Positions 9,437 to 19,000 of a DNA stretch of 31,873 bases are shown one piece after another (position 1 is the stretch's first letter; each line of letters opens with the position of its first letter). The stretch lies in IMG/VR virus record IMGVR_UViG_3300021963_000438, positions 1 through 31,873 of that record. One strand, written 5' to 3'. This DNA is from a virus. Lineage: Duplodnaviria > Caudoviricetes. A program made the position numbers and the translations under genes. The notes beneath the pieces were generated by a model. That model was not told the origin of the DNA. It saw nothing but the letters and a program-made list of their open reading frames with translations, and searched no databases.

Positions 9437-9444
9437 ATATTTAT
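9437..9444 (+). promoter_or_regulatory. putative phage late promoter ATATTTAT
   Basis: The same octamer occurs in several intergenic gaps ahead of structural genes. Confidence 0.55.
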
Positions 9445-9465
9445 TATAAACATACACAAATTACT

Positions 9466-9969
9466 ATGGATTCAAAATTATTAGTAGGTTTAATTAAGGA
9501 GGTTGTTAAAAATGAAGTAAAACAACAAGTTAAAGAAGAATTAGCTAAGTTAATTAAATCTGGTGCGGTTACATTAAACTCACAAAGAAAAACTACATCT
9601 CCCACATTAAGAGAGGTTTCGGAAAGTACAACTCCGAATGTTAAAAAACAACAACCAATTGTACAAGAACAAAGACCTCAAATCAAAAAGGAATTTACAA
9701 AAGACCCAATGATAAATGAGATTCTTAATATGACACAACCATTTACATCAGAGCAAAGGAAGGAAGGTGCACAAGCGGTGGGTAGTGTATTGGATATGAT
9801 TAAGCCTGAATTAAGGGTTGATGAGAGTGAATGGGAAACATTGGATTATAGAGATATGGATATACCATCTAATACTCCAAACTTTGAATCAACAGGCGAT
9901 GGATTACAAGATGCTACTATAAAAGCATTAACAAGAGATTATTCAGAATTAGTAAAGAGATTTAAATAA
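9466..9969 (+). CDS. hypothetical protein
   Basis: 167-aa ORF coupled to gp25 (TAATG overlap). Confidence 0.8.
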   Translation: MDSKLLVGLIKEVVKNEVKQQVKEELAKLIKSGAVTLNSQRKTTSPTLREVSESTTPNVKKQQPIVQEQRPQIKKEFTKDPMINEILNMTQPFTSEQRKEGAQAVGSVLDMIKPELRVDESEWETLDYRDMDIPSNTPNFESTGDGLQDATIKALTRDYSELVKRFK

Positions 9970-10406
9970 TGGCGATAGAAATTGGTAGAGTAAGTACAAA
10001 GGATTTAACGAGTAATTCTTATAAATCATTAGGAATTGGAATAAATAGACGTTCCGATTCTAATGGTATTTTTGCTACAAACTATACCACTATTAAGCAG
10101 ACTAGAGATAATTTAATAAATCTTATAATGACCCGAAAGGGTGAAAGGGTTATGCAGCCCGATTTTGGATGCGATATACATAGATTAATATTTGAACCAA
10201 TATATGGTGAAGATATTAAAGATAGAGTAATCGATACAATTGAAGATGCAGTAGCTATGTGGATGCCATTTGTATCAATAAACGATATAGAATTTCCATT
10301 TGATGATAATGATATAGATAACAATAAAATAAACGTTTCTATAAAATTTTCATTAAGATTGAATCCTAATATATCAGAAACAATAGAAGTAACGATAAAT
10401 CAATAA
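9969..10406 (+). CDS. baseplate wedge/sheath-initiator protein (gp25/GPW family)
   Basis: NLINLIMTRKGERVMQPDFGCDIHRLIFEP and WMPFV are typical of gp25. Confidence 0.9.
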   Translation: MAIEIGRVSTKDLTSNSYKSLGIGINRRSDSNGIFATNYTTIKQTRDNLINLIMTRKGERVMQPDFGCDIHRLIFEPIYGEDIKDRVIDTIEDAVAMWMPFVSINDIEFPFDDNDIDNNKINVSIKFSLRLNPNISETIEVTINQ

Positions 10407-10413
10407 TAACAAA

Positions 10414-12444
10414 ATGGCTATCAAACCGTTAAATAAGAATTGGGGTAGTAATAGAGAACTAACATATGTTGGTAAGGATTTTGCTAGCTTTAAGCAAAAT
10501 TTAGTAGAATTTACAAAAACATATTTTCCAAACCAATATTCGGATTTCAATGAAGCATCTCCGGGTATGGTATTTGTAGAAATGGCAGCCGCAATTGGCG
10601 ATGTTTTATCATTCTACCAAGATACACAATTAAAGGAATCAATGTTATCACATGCTACTGAACGTAAAAATGTAATAGCATTGGCACAATCAATGGGGTA
10701 TAAACCAAAGGTAACAACGCCGGCAGTTACAACTCTAACTGTTTATCAGTTAGTTCCAGCCATTAGTAATGGAGTAAATCAATATTCCCCAAACCCATCT
10801 TATTTTTTAAGAATAAAAGATGGTATGGAAATAGTATCAACAACTAATCCAAATATTATATTCAGAACAACTGATTCTGTTGATTTTTCAAATGAAACCA
10901 ATAGAGAAATAGATGTGTATGAGAGAAATACCGCAACTGGAGAGCCAACTTTTTATTTAGTTAGTAAAAAAATAAAAGCAATTTCTGCTAGAGAAAAAGA
11001 TACGACTATTACATTTACTGATACTACTGATTATCCCGTTGCAACTATAAATGAAACAAATATAATAGGAATAACATCGGTAGTAACGGATGATACAAAC
11101 GCTAAATGGTATGAAGTTCCATATTTAGCACAAGAAAGCATATTTGTAGAACAACCCAACACAGAATCAAATGCTGGCGTATTAAGTGGAGAATCGAACA
11201 CAGTACCATATATTTTAGAAGTACAAAAAGTACCACGTAGATTTTCAACTAAAGTAAATTCTGATAATACAATAGATTTACAATTTGGTAGTGGCGATGT
11301 AACTATGAATGATGAGCAAATTTTACCAAACCCTAAAAATATAGGATTGGGATTAGCTAATTCAGTACAAAGATTGAATCAGGGGATTGACCCATCTAAT
11401 TTTTTAAAAACAAATACTTTTGGAATAGCTCCATCGAACCAATCATTGAATGTAAAGTATTTAGTAGGTGGTGGCGTTGAATCAAATGTAAATTCGGGAG
11501 ATTTAACTACTATATCCAGAATAGAATTTGAAGAGGATTTATTGTCTGTAGATAATGTAGTAACCTATTCTCAAATAAAAAGTAGTGTAGCAGTTGAAAA
11601 TTTAGAACCAGCAGTAGGTGGAAGGGGAAGTGAATCGATTGAAGAAATTAGGCAAAACGCATTGGGAGTGTTTGGTTCTCAAAATAGAGCAGTAACAAAG
11701 CAAGATTATATCGTAAGAGCATTAAGTATGCCAGAACGATATGGTAGTGTTGCTAAGGTATATGTTTCTCCTGATGGTGAAATTGATAATAATTCACCAT
11801 CATCTATATTGGCATCTCCAAATAATATTGCAGAATTCGTAGGGGTTATAGAAGGATTACAAAATAAATCTAAATTAGAAATCCAAACCGAATTAGTAAA
11901 ATACTTAACACAAAAGAAAACAGCAATTGCTGAAGTTAATAATCCATTTGCAATTAATATGTATATATTAGGGTATAATGGTGATAAAAAACTTACTCAA
12001 ATAAATCAAGCGGTTAAACAAAATCTTAAAACATATTTGGGTGAGTATAGAATGATGACAGATGCCGTTAATATTATAGATGGATTTGTAATTAATATAG
12101 GAGTTGATTTTGAAATAATATGTTATCAGAACTATAATAAAAGAGAAGTATTATCAGCTTGTTTAACTGAAATGCAAAATTACTTTGAAATAGATAATTG
12201 GACATTCAATAAACCAATTAATGTTTCTGAATTAGAATTAATATTAGCAAATGTAGAAGGTGTAATGAGTGTGCCATCGGTAAAAATATCAAATATATGT
12301 AAAAGCGATGGTAATGAAAATTATTCACCAAATAGATACAATATCGATGAAGCAACTAAAGGTAAGATAATATATCCATCTTTAGACCCTTGCATCTTCG
12401 AAATAAAATACCCTAACAAAGATATAAAAGGAAGAGCTTTATAA
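10414..12444 (+). CDS. baseplate wedge protein (T4 gp6 / baseplate J-like)
   Basis: KDFASFKQNL..YSDFNEASPG..LSFYQD, ALAQSMGYKP and GGRGSESIEEIR..QNRAVTKQDY; follows gp25. Confidence 0.88.
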   Translation: MAIKPLNKNWGSNRELTYVGKDFASFKQNLVEFTKTYFPNQYSDFNEASPGMVFVEMAAAIGDVLSFYQDTQLKESMLSHATERKNVIALAQSMGYKPKVTTPAVTTLTVYQLVPAISNGVNQYSPNPSYFLRIKDGMEIVSTTNPNIIFRTTDSVDFSNETNREIDVYERNTATGEPTFYLVSKKIKAISAREKDTTITFTDTTDYPVATINETNIIGITSVVTDDTNAKWYEVPYLAQESIFVEQPNTESNAGVLSGESNTVPYILEVQKVPRRFSTKVNSDNTIDLQFGSGDVTMNDEQILPNPKNIGLGLANSVQRLNQGIDPSNFLKTNTFGIAPSNQSLNVKYLVGGGVESNVNSGDLTTISRIEFEEDLLSVDNVVTYSQIKSSVAVENLEPAVGGRGSESIEEIRQNALGVFGSQNRAVTKQDYIVRALSMPERYGSVAKVYVSPDGEIDNNSPSSILASPNNIAEFVGVIEGLQNKSKLEIQTELVKYLTQKKTAIAEVNNPFAINMYILGYNGDKKLTQINQAVKQNLKTYLGEYRMMTDAVNIIDGFVINIGVDFEIICYQNYNKREVLSACLTEMQNYFEIDNWTFNKPINVSELELILANVEGVMSVPSVKISNICKSDGNENYSPNRYNIDEATKGKIIYPSLDPCIFEIKYPNKDIKGRAL

Positions 12445-12445
12445 T

Positions 12446-13516
12446 ATGCATAAATTATTCACATCGTCATTTGACGCAAGTATATATCTTCAACAACCCG
12501 AACAAAACGCAGGTAGAGACGAGATATTAGAAGTAGGTAAACTTTATTATGGTTCTTCAAAAGATATAGCAAGAACTTTAATTAAATTTGATGTAGCCAA
12601 TATGGGAATACTAAGCGGCTCTATTGTTTATTTAAACTTAAAATCATCCCAAGCGGAAGAAATTCCATTAGAATATACAATTCATGCTAATGCAGTTTCT
12701 CAAAGTTGGAATATGGGAACTGGTACTAAATTTGATAATATAACATCAAATGGAGTTAGTTGGTATTATAAAAATGGAATTGATAAATGGATGGATTATA
12801 CAGTAACTCCTAATTCATATGTAAGTGGTTCTGATACCGGTTCAATTTCAAATGGTGGTGGTGGTACTTGGTACACTGCATCTATGGCATCTCAATCTTA
12901 TAGTTATGAAGATGCTGACATTAGAATGAATGTAACGGGTATAGTTAATTTATGGTTAAGTGGTTCTATATCAAATAATGGATTCATATTACATCATAGT
13001 TTAACTGCCGAAAATAACGAATTAGATTATGGTGTATTAAAATTTTTCTCTAAAGAAACAAATACAATATATGAGCCTAAATTAGAAGTAGTTTCGAAAG
13101 ATAGTTTATTCGTAACAGGAAGTTTAACACCTGTAACTGGTTCAGCACAAGAAGGATATAAAGTAGTTTTAACTAATTTAAAATCAACATATCCAGCAAA
13201 CGAAACCATTAAGGTAAGAGTAAAAGGTAGAGACATGTATCCATTGAAAACATTTGGAACAGGTTCATTTGCATATGACCAAAATAAATATTTACCATCT
13301 GGTTCATCATATTATCAATTAGAAGATTATAAAACAGGAGAGGTAATATATCCATTTGGTCAATACACACAAATAAGTTGTGATTCTACATCAAATTATT
13401 TTAATATGAGTTTAAACTCATTACCGATTAATAGAACTTATGAATTAAAAATTAAAATTATCGAAAGTGGTATATCTACTATTATAGATGATAAATTAAT
13501 TTTTGAAATAGAATAA
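12446..13516 (+). CDS. virion protein with a DNRLRE/CBM-like beta-sandwich and a C-terminal Ig-like domain
   Basis: DASIY...NAG.DEIL...RTLIKFD...W..G.G...NNGFIL...FFSKE...PKLEV pattern; baseplate context. Confidence 0.6.
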   Translation: MHKLFTSSFDASIYLQQPEQNAGRDEILEVGKLYYGSSKDIARTLIKFDVANMGILSGSIVYLNLKSSQAEEIPLEYTIHANAVSQSWNMGTGTKFDNITSNGVSWYYKNGIDKWMDYTVTPNSYVSGSDTGSISNGGGGTWYTASMASQSYSYEDADIRMNVTGIVNLWLSGSISNNGFILHHSLTAENNELDYGVLKFFSKETNTIYEPKLEVVSKDSLFVTGSLTPVTGSAQEGYKVVLTNLKSTYPANETIKVRVKGRDMYPLKTFGTGSFAYDQNKYLPSGSSYYQLEDYKTGEVIYPFGQYTQISCDSTSNYFNMSLNSLPINRTYELKIKIIESGISTIIDDKLIFEIE

Positions 13517-13517
13517 A

Positions 13518-14657
13518 ATGACAGCATTAGAGGCAATTGCACAAAAATTAAATGAAAAAAGAAAATCAGATTTAGAATCAATACTATCTATCTCCGGTTC
13601 TCAAGCTATTGCTAAAAACGAATATGGTGTTACGGTGGTTAATGAAAATAATATTGCATCATCTTTAGTATTTAAGGAACTAAATAAAAATAAATACGAT
13701 GAAGTTGAATTATTAAAAGCAATTGATTTAGATATTAAGGAATTAAAACCTAATATTCCTACTAAAAATTTAAATTTAGTTCCTAAACCATTATACGATG
13801 AAGAAGTACTTCAAAATGAAGATTTAAGAAAGCAAGTGGCTGATTTAAATGTAGAAGTATCTAATTTAAACTCAACTATATCAGATTTAGAATCACAAGT
13901 ACAATCTGAAATAAATAATAGATTGGCAATTGAACAAACAAACGATGCATTAGTTAATCAACTAAATACATTAGTACAAACTATTGATGATTTTGCTTTA
14001 CAAATACAAAATTCATTACAAAAATCCGTAGAGGAAGGTATTCTTAGAGCATCATTACAATCTCAAAATACCGGGTTTAAAGCACAAATTCAGGCATTGA
14101 TTAAACAAATCGACTCATTGAATTCTATAATTGAAGGTTTACAATCTCAATTAGGAGCAGTACAAAATCAACAAGCAATTGTACAAGGTACACAAGCGCA
14201 AGCACAAGCTGCTGGAGCCGATGTTGTCAATGATGTGGCTATTGTTAAACTACAACCAATGGAGGATGCAAATGCACCTAAGATATGGGCTAGATTTAGT
14301 GCAACTGGAGGAAACCAATGGAAAAATGGTAAATCTATATCAATCACAAATAATGATAAGCAACCAATAAATGTAACACTAACTCCTACAAATCCAAAAA
14401 ATAGAGAGTTTTACAAAATTCCACAAAAAAGTTTTAGTGTGGCAGCTGGTGAAAGTAAGGATATTGAGTTTGCATTAAACTTCGATGCAGTAGGCGATTT
14501 AGATTCTCGTAAAAAGGGTGGTTGGTTTAATGGTAAATCACATTCAGCAGAATATAAAGATGGTTCTCTTAAAGTTGTAATAACACGTTCAGATGGAACT
14601 AGCAAAGATAAAACTTACGAAGCCGGTTTTGGTAAATATCACCCAGATTCATATTAA
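13518..14657 (+). CDS. coiled-coil structural protein with a C-terminal beta domain
   Basis: Long heptad region (about aa 95-230) followed by Ig-like ISITNND...FSVAAGESKDIEF. Confidence 0.7.
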   Translation: MTALEAIAQKLNEKRKSDLESILSISGSQAIAKNEYGVTVVNENNIASSLVFKELNKNKYDEVELLKAIDLDIKELKPNIPTKNLNLVPKPLYDEEVLQNEDLRKQVADLNVEVSNLNSTISDLESQVQSEINNRLAIEQTNDALVNQLNTLVQTIDDFALQIQNSLQKSVEEGILRASLQSQNTGFKAQIQALIKQIDSLNSIIEGLQSQLGAVQNQQAIVQGTQAQAQAAGADVVNDVAIVKLQPMEDANAPKIWARFSATGGNQWKNGKSISITNNDKQPINVTLTPTNPKNREFYKIPQKSFSVAAGESKDIEFALNFDAVGDLDSRKKGGWFNGKSHSAEYKDGSLKVVITRSDGTSKDKTYEAGFGKYHPDSY

Positions 14658-14663
14658 TAAATT

Positions 14664-16049
14664 ATGAGTATTAAGAAATATACAAATATAGACAATATAA
14701 ATAATAATTCAGAAAATGCTGGACAATTTCTGCAAACTGAAGATTTATTTATTGTAAACCAAAATCAAATAGAAGATACTGATTTTGGCGATTGTAGATA
14801 TGATGTAATGGAAGTATCAGTTTATGATATTAACAATAATTTATTACCTCAAAAAACTGGCAATAATGTTGCTTATATAAAAACGGGTGATATTAAAAAC
14901 TATATGTATAACCTTACAAATAAAGGTGGACAAAAAGAGTTAGCAATTGATATTGAAAAATTACTAAATGATTTAGGATTTACAAATGGTATCCTAAAAG
15001 TTAATATTAATTTTGTTAGAAATAAAGTAGGAAGTGATAATGAATTAACAAAAGTGTGGGTGCATGAAATATCACCATCAAGAACCGAAATTAGAATATT
15101 ACCATTAAAAACAAAAAATAGTAATGTTAATAATATAACTAATAAAGAATTTACAAATATAAATAATTTAAGTAAAGATTTTAAATATTATAAAAAAAAT
15201 ATATTAGATTCATTAGATTCATTTGAAGTAACTTATTTAGAATCGATAACATCATTAATGGTTAATAGATTTGGTAAAGATTTCGAATCTATTCTGCGTA
15301 AAGATTTTGGATTATCTAATTTTAGTGCTTTCAAAAAAAGAATATTTTTAGATTTTAAAACAAGCGTAGCATATTGGTTGACAAATAAAGAATATATTAT
15401 TTCAGAATCAAACTATGGAAAACCTTCTATAATCAGATTTGAAGATTGTGAGCAGTATGAGTTTAGTAAATTAAAATTAGAAATTCAAAATATTTTAAGA
15501 AATTGTATAGATTATAATACAAAAACTTTAAATAGAAGAAGTATCAATATAAAAGTATTGCCAAAAGAATTTGAAATTACCGAACTTAAAAAAGAAATAA
15601 AAGATTTAGTTGGTAATATAGTAATAAATGATAGTAAAGTTAGAAATGTTTATAATCCACAAAATATTAAATTGGATGTTAAAGGTGTATCTGTAAAAGA
15701 AACTCCCATACAAATAACACCAGCTCCTATTATTAAAATTCTTCCAATTGAAACGCCAATAAAAATAGTTACACCAATTGATTTTGAACCTATACGAGTA
15801 ATTAAACCACTGCCAATTGATTTTGAACCCATTGAAGTTCAACCTATTGAAGTTCAACCAATAAAAATAATTGAACCACCATTAGAACCACATCCAACAC
15901 CAATAGAAGATATAATACCAACACCATCATATGGTGGAGGCGGAGGAGGAGGTGGCGGAAGCTATTATGATGATAGAAATTTTGATGGCGGAGATGGTAG
16001 AGAGCGAACATATTTAGGTGATGCGAATCAGAGAGAAAATATACAATAG
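14664..16049 (+). CDS. putative virion protein with Pro/Ile repeats and a poly-Gly C-terminal tail
   Basis: 461-aa ORF containing VHEISPSRTEIRI and a low-complexity tail. Confidence 0.75.
   Translation: MSIKKYTNIDNINNNSENAGQFLQTEDLFIVNQNQIEDTDFGDCRYDVMEVSVYDINNNLLPQKTGNNVAYIKTGDIKNYMYNLTNKGGQKELAIDIEKLLNDLGFTNGILKVNINFVRNKVGSDNELTKVWVHEISPSRTEIRILPLKTKNSNVNNITNKEFTNINNLSKDFKYYKKNILDSLDSFEVTYLESITSLMVNRFGKDFESILRKDFGLSNFSAFKKRIFLDFKTSVAYWLTNKEYIISESNYGKPSIIRFEDCEQYEFSKLKLEIQNILRNCIDYNTKTLNRRSINIKVLPKEFEITELKKEIKDLVGNIVINDSKVRNVYNPQNIKLDVKGVSVKETPIQITPAPIIKILPIETPIKIVTPIDFEPIRVIKPLPIDFEPIEVQPIEVQPIKIIEPPLEPHPTPIEDIIPTPSYGGGGGGGGGSYYDDRNFDGGDGRERTYLGDANQRENIQ
15774..15859 (+). repeat. coding repeats PIDFEP x2 and PIEVQ x2
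   Basis: CCAATTGATTTTGAACC at 15774 and 15813; ATTGAAGTTCAACC at 15831 and 15846. Confidence 0.85.
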
Positions 16050-16050
16050 G

Positions 16051-16058
16051 ATATTTAT
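16051..16058 (+). promoter_or_regulatory. putative phage late promoter ATATTTAT
   Basis: Sits in the 24-nt gap, 15 nt before GTG 16074. Confidence 0.55.
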
Positions 16059-16073
16059 ACTAAACAATAAAGA

Positions 16074-19000
16074 GTGGTAAAAGCATTAGAAAGTATTTTT
16101 GGAGGAGAGCCCACATTAAATTCATATAATGGGGAGGGTAATTATGATGCGTTCCCATCATATGGAGGCGCCGGAGGAGGCGGCGGATATACGCCACCTG
16201 TTGCACCCAATCCAATATATGTACCACCAACATATTCAAATGAAATTATAAATAATTCTATTAGAGTAAATTTAATAGTAGAAGATGGTGGCGAAGTAGA
16301 ATTTTTAGAAAATGGAAGTTCAAAAGGATATGGTGTAAATACTACCATAACGTATTTACCATCAACTACATTTAATGGTTCTAAAAAATACGAAGTAGTT
16401 AAAAATGGATATAGAGCTAATGAACATTATGTAGTTTCTATAACAAAAACATATGTTCCGGCTTCAGTTGAACCAATGCAACAATATGATAATTATTATA
16501 ATAATTACATTGGTAATGAACCATTTGGATTAAATACTTTTCAAAATTCAAATTTATTTAATTGGAATTATAATATTACACCAATTGTAACAGCTATTGA
16601 TTATCAATATTCTGAAATGGTTTCTGTACAAAAATATGTATTACAATCTGATGGTAGTTATATAGCAGAAGATACTAATAATTTTAATTTTGGTACAATA
16701 AATTTACAATTTTCATTACAAGGAAATTCAACTATACTTCCTCCTCCGCCTCCTATTGATTTTGCAGTAGACCAACTACCCGCATCAATTGAATACGAAG
16801 TGGCATTTTCATCAAACTTTAGACAAGAATTAGCTGAAAATGTTATACTATCATATACAATATTCGAAAATGATGGCACTATTTCAGATAGTGGTAAACT
16901 TAGTTTATTAGATAGTAATATAATTAGAAATATAGAAGCTGATAAACTAAAAGGTAGAGTTGATTTTAAAATAGAATATGCAAATAAGCCAGCTGAATAT
17001 AATTTATTACATATATACCAAACAACTAATACTGCAAAATTAGCTGAAGCTGGTCCTAATTCTATTGATTTTACAAAATGGAATAATCAAAATTCATCAT
17101 TCTCATTACCAGCCGAACAACTTAAATCAGGCATATCAGTTGTTGTATTTTTTGAAAAAGAAATAAATGTAGCTAGACCTATAATAAGTTTAGATACTAC
17201 GCAATATAGTGTACAAGTTAAAGATTCTGATTTAGAAAAGGAAATAAATATACCATTTAAAGTATCTAATACTGATAATGTAAGAGTTTATATAGATGGT
17301 AGAACTGATACTATTTTAGTACCCGCTTCGGATGGATTTATAAAATTATACTTTCAAAAAGATTTTTCGGAAGTATATGGTACAAAGAAAATAATATTAG
17401 TAGCAGAAAGTTCTCAATATGGTACAGGTGATTCTGTAACCGGATTGGTTACATTCACAGCTGTAAATGATTTTCCATCGATTACTGAAATAACATTTGC
17501 GGATATAATCGATGTACCTTCGTTTTCAGATTTAAATATAGATTTAACATACGAATACTCTTCGTTTGCAACTTCAACCATAGATGTTGATTTAAAAGCA
17601 AAAGATGGTAGTAGAATTGCACTATTTAAAAATTTAACTCCAAACGGAAATATTTCTATAAATTTAAAATCTTTAAAAGAAAAGTTTTCAAATTGGAATG
17701 AAAGTAATAATGTAGCTTTAGTATTTAAACCATTTAATAGAGCCGGCTCCGAAGAGTTAATAGGTAATGAATATGAAATAAAAACTCAATTAATTTTACC
17801 GTCTATTCAAATTGATGAAAATATATTTGGGGTAGCCATATTCGATTCATTCTTATCTCAATTAGAAATTATTGAGCCAGAAAAAGAAAGTAAATATCTT
17901 ACACACCTTGCGAATTTTGGAAATAATGAACAAATATTAATATCAACTTGGGAAAATGATAATTTTACATTATCATCAAAAGTACAAGATGAGTTGGGTA
18001 ATACCGTAATTAAAGATGAAGTAAATAGTATTTTATTAAAATTATACGAACCAATTCCAACTAACATTGTACCAAATACAACGTTTTGGATAACTAAATT
18101 AATGGCTAATCCATTAGTTGAAACTATCATACTAACAGACCAATCTAATTTAAAATGTCCACCATTAAAAGGACCAAATTTTAATGTAGATGTAGATTAT
18201 GTAATTGGAAATTCAACTAATTTTGAATCTTTAGATAATTTAATTCTTAGTTCATCTGTATCATCTTCTGCACAATTAATATCAACTTATTTAAGTGGTT
18301 CTGCATTTGATACTGATACTTTAAATATAGAATATGTAAGTGGTTCAACTTATTTATGGAATAATTTTGTTCATTTTAGTTCCGCTAAAGAGAGAGTTGA
18401 TAATTTTTTATATAAGGTCCAGTTGATAGAAGCCTATGATGGATTAATATCATCCGCATCTATTGATATTACCAATACAGGTTTTATTAATTCTGTAGCT
18501 AATCAACAAGAATTAGAAAGACAATCCACAAAAAGGAATCAACTTGTAAATGGATTTGATGGATTTGAAAAATTTTTATATACATCATCATCCACATACA
18601 CTACGAATAATGGTACTTCTATAACTTGGCCGTATAATAATAATGGTAATAGGATATCATCAAATGATACATCTAGCGTTTTACCTTGGTATAATAATAT
18701 TATAGAGTTAGCAACCATATACGATAATAATAATCAAAACTATATATTAAACAATATACCACAATATATTATATCGGATGAAAATAATGATAGTTTATTA
18801 TTATTTTTCTCAATGATTGGTCAGCATTTTGATTCAATTTATTATTATACAAAATCCATAGAAAATAGTAGAGGGTTGGGGTATAAACAAACGGGAGGAA
18901 TATCAGACAAAGTTTTATTTGATGCATTAAAATCATTTAGTTGGGATGCTAAGAATTTAGCAGCAAACGAGCAACTATGGGAATACGCATTTGGATTGAA

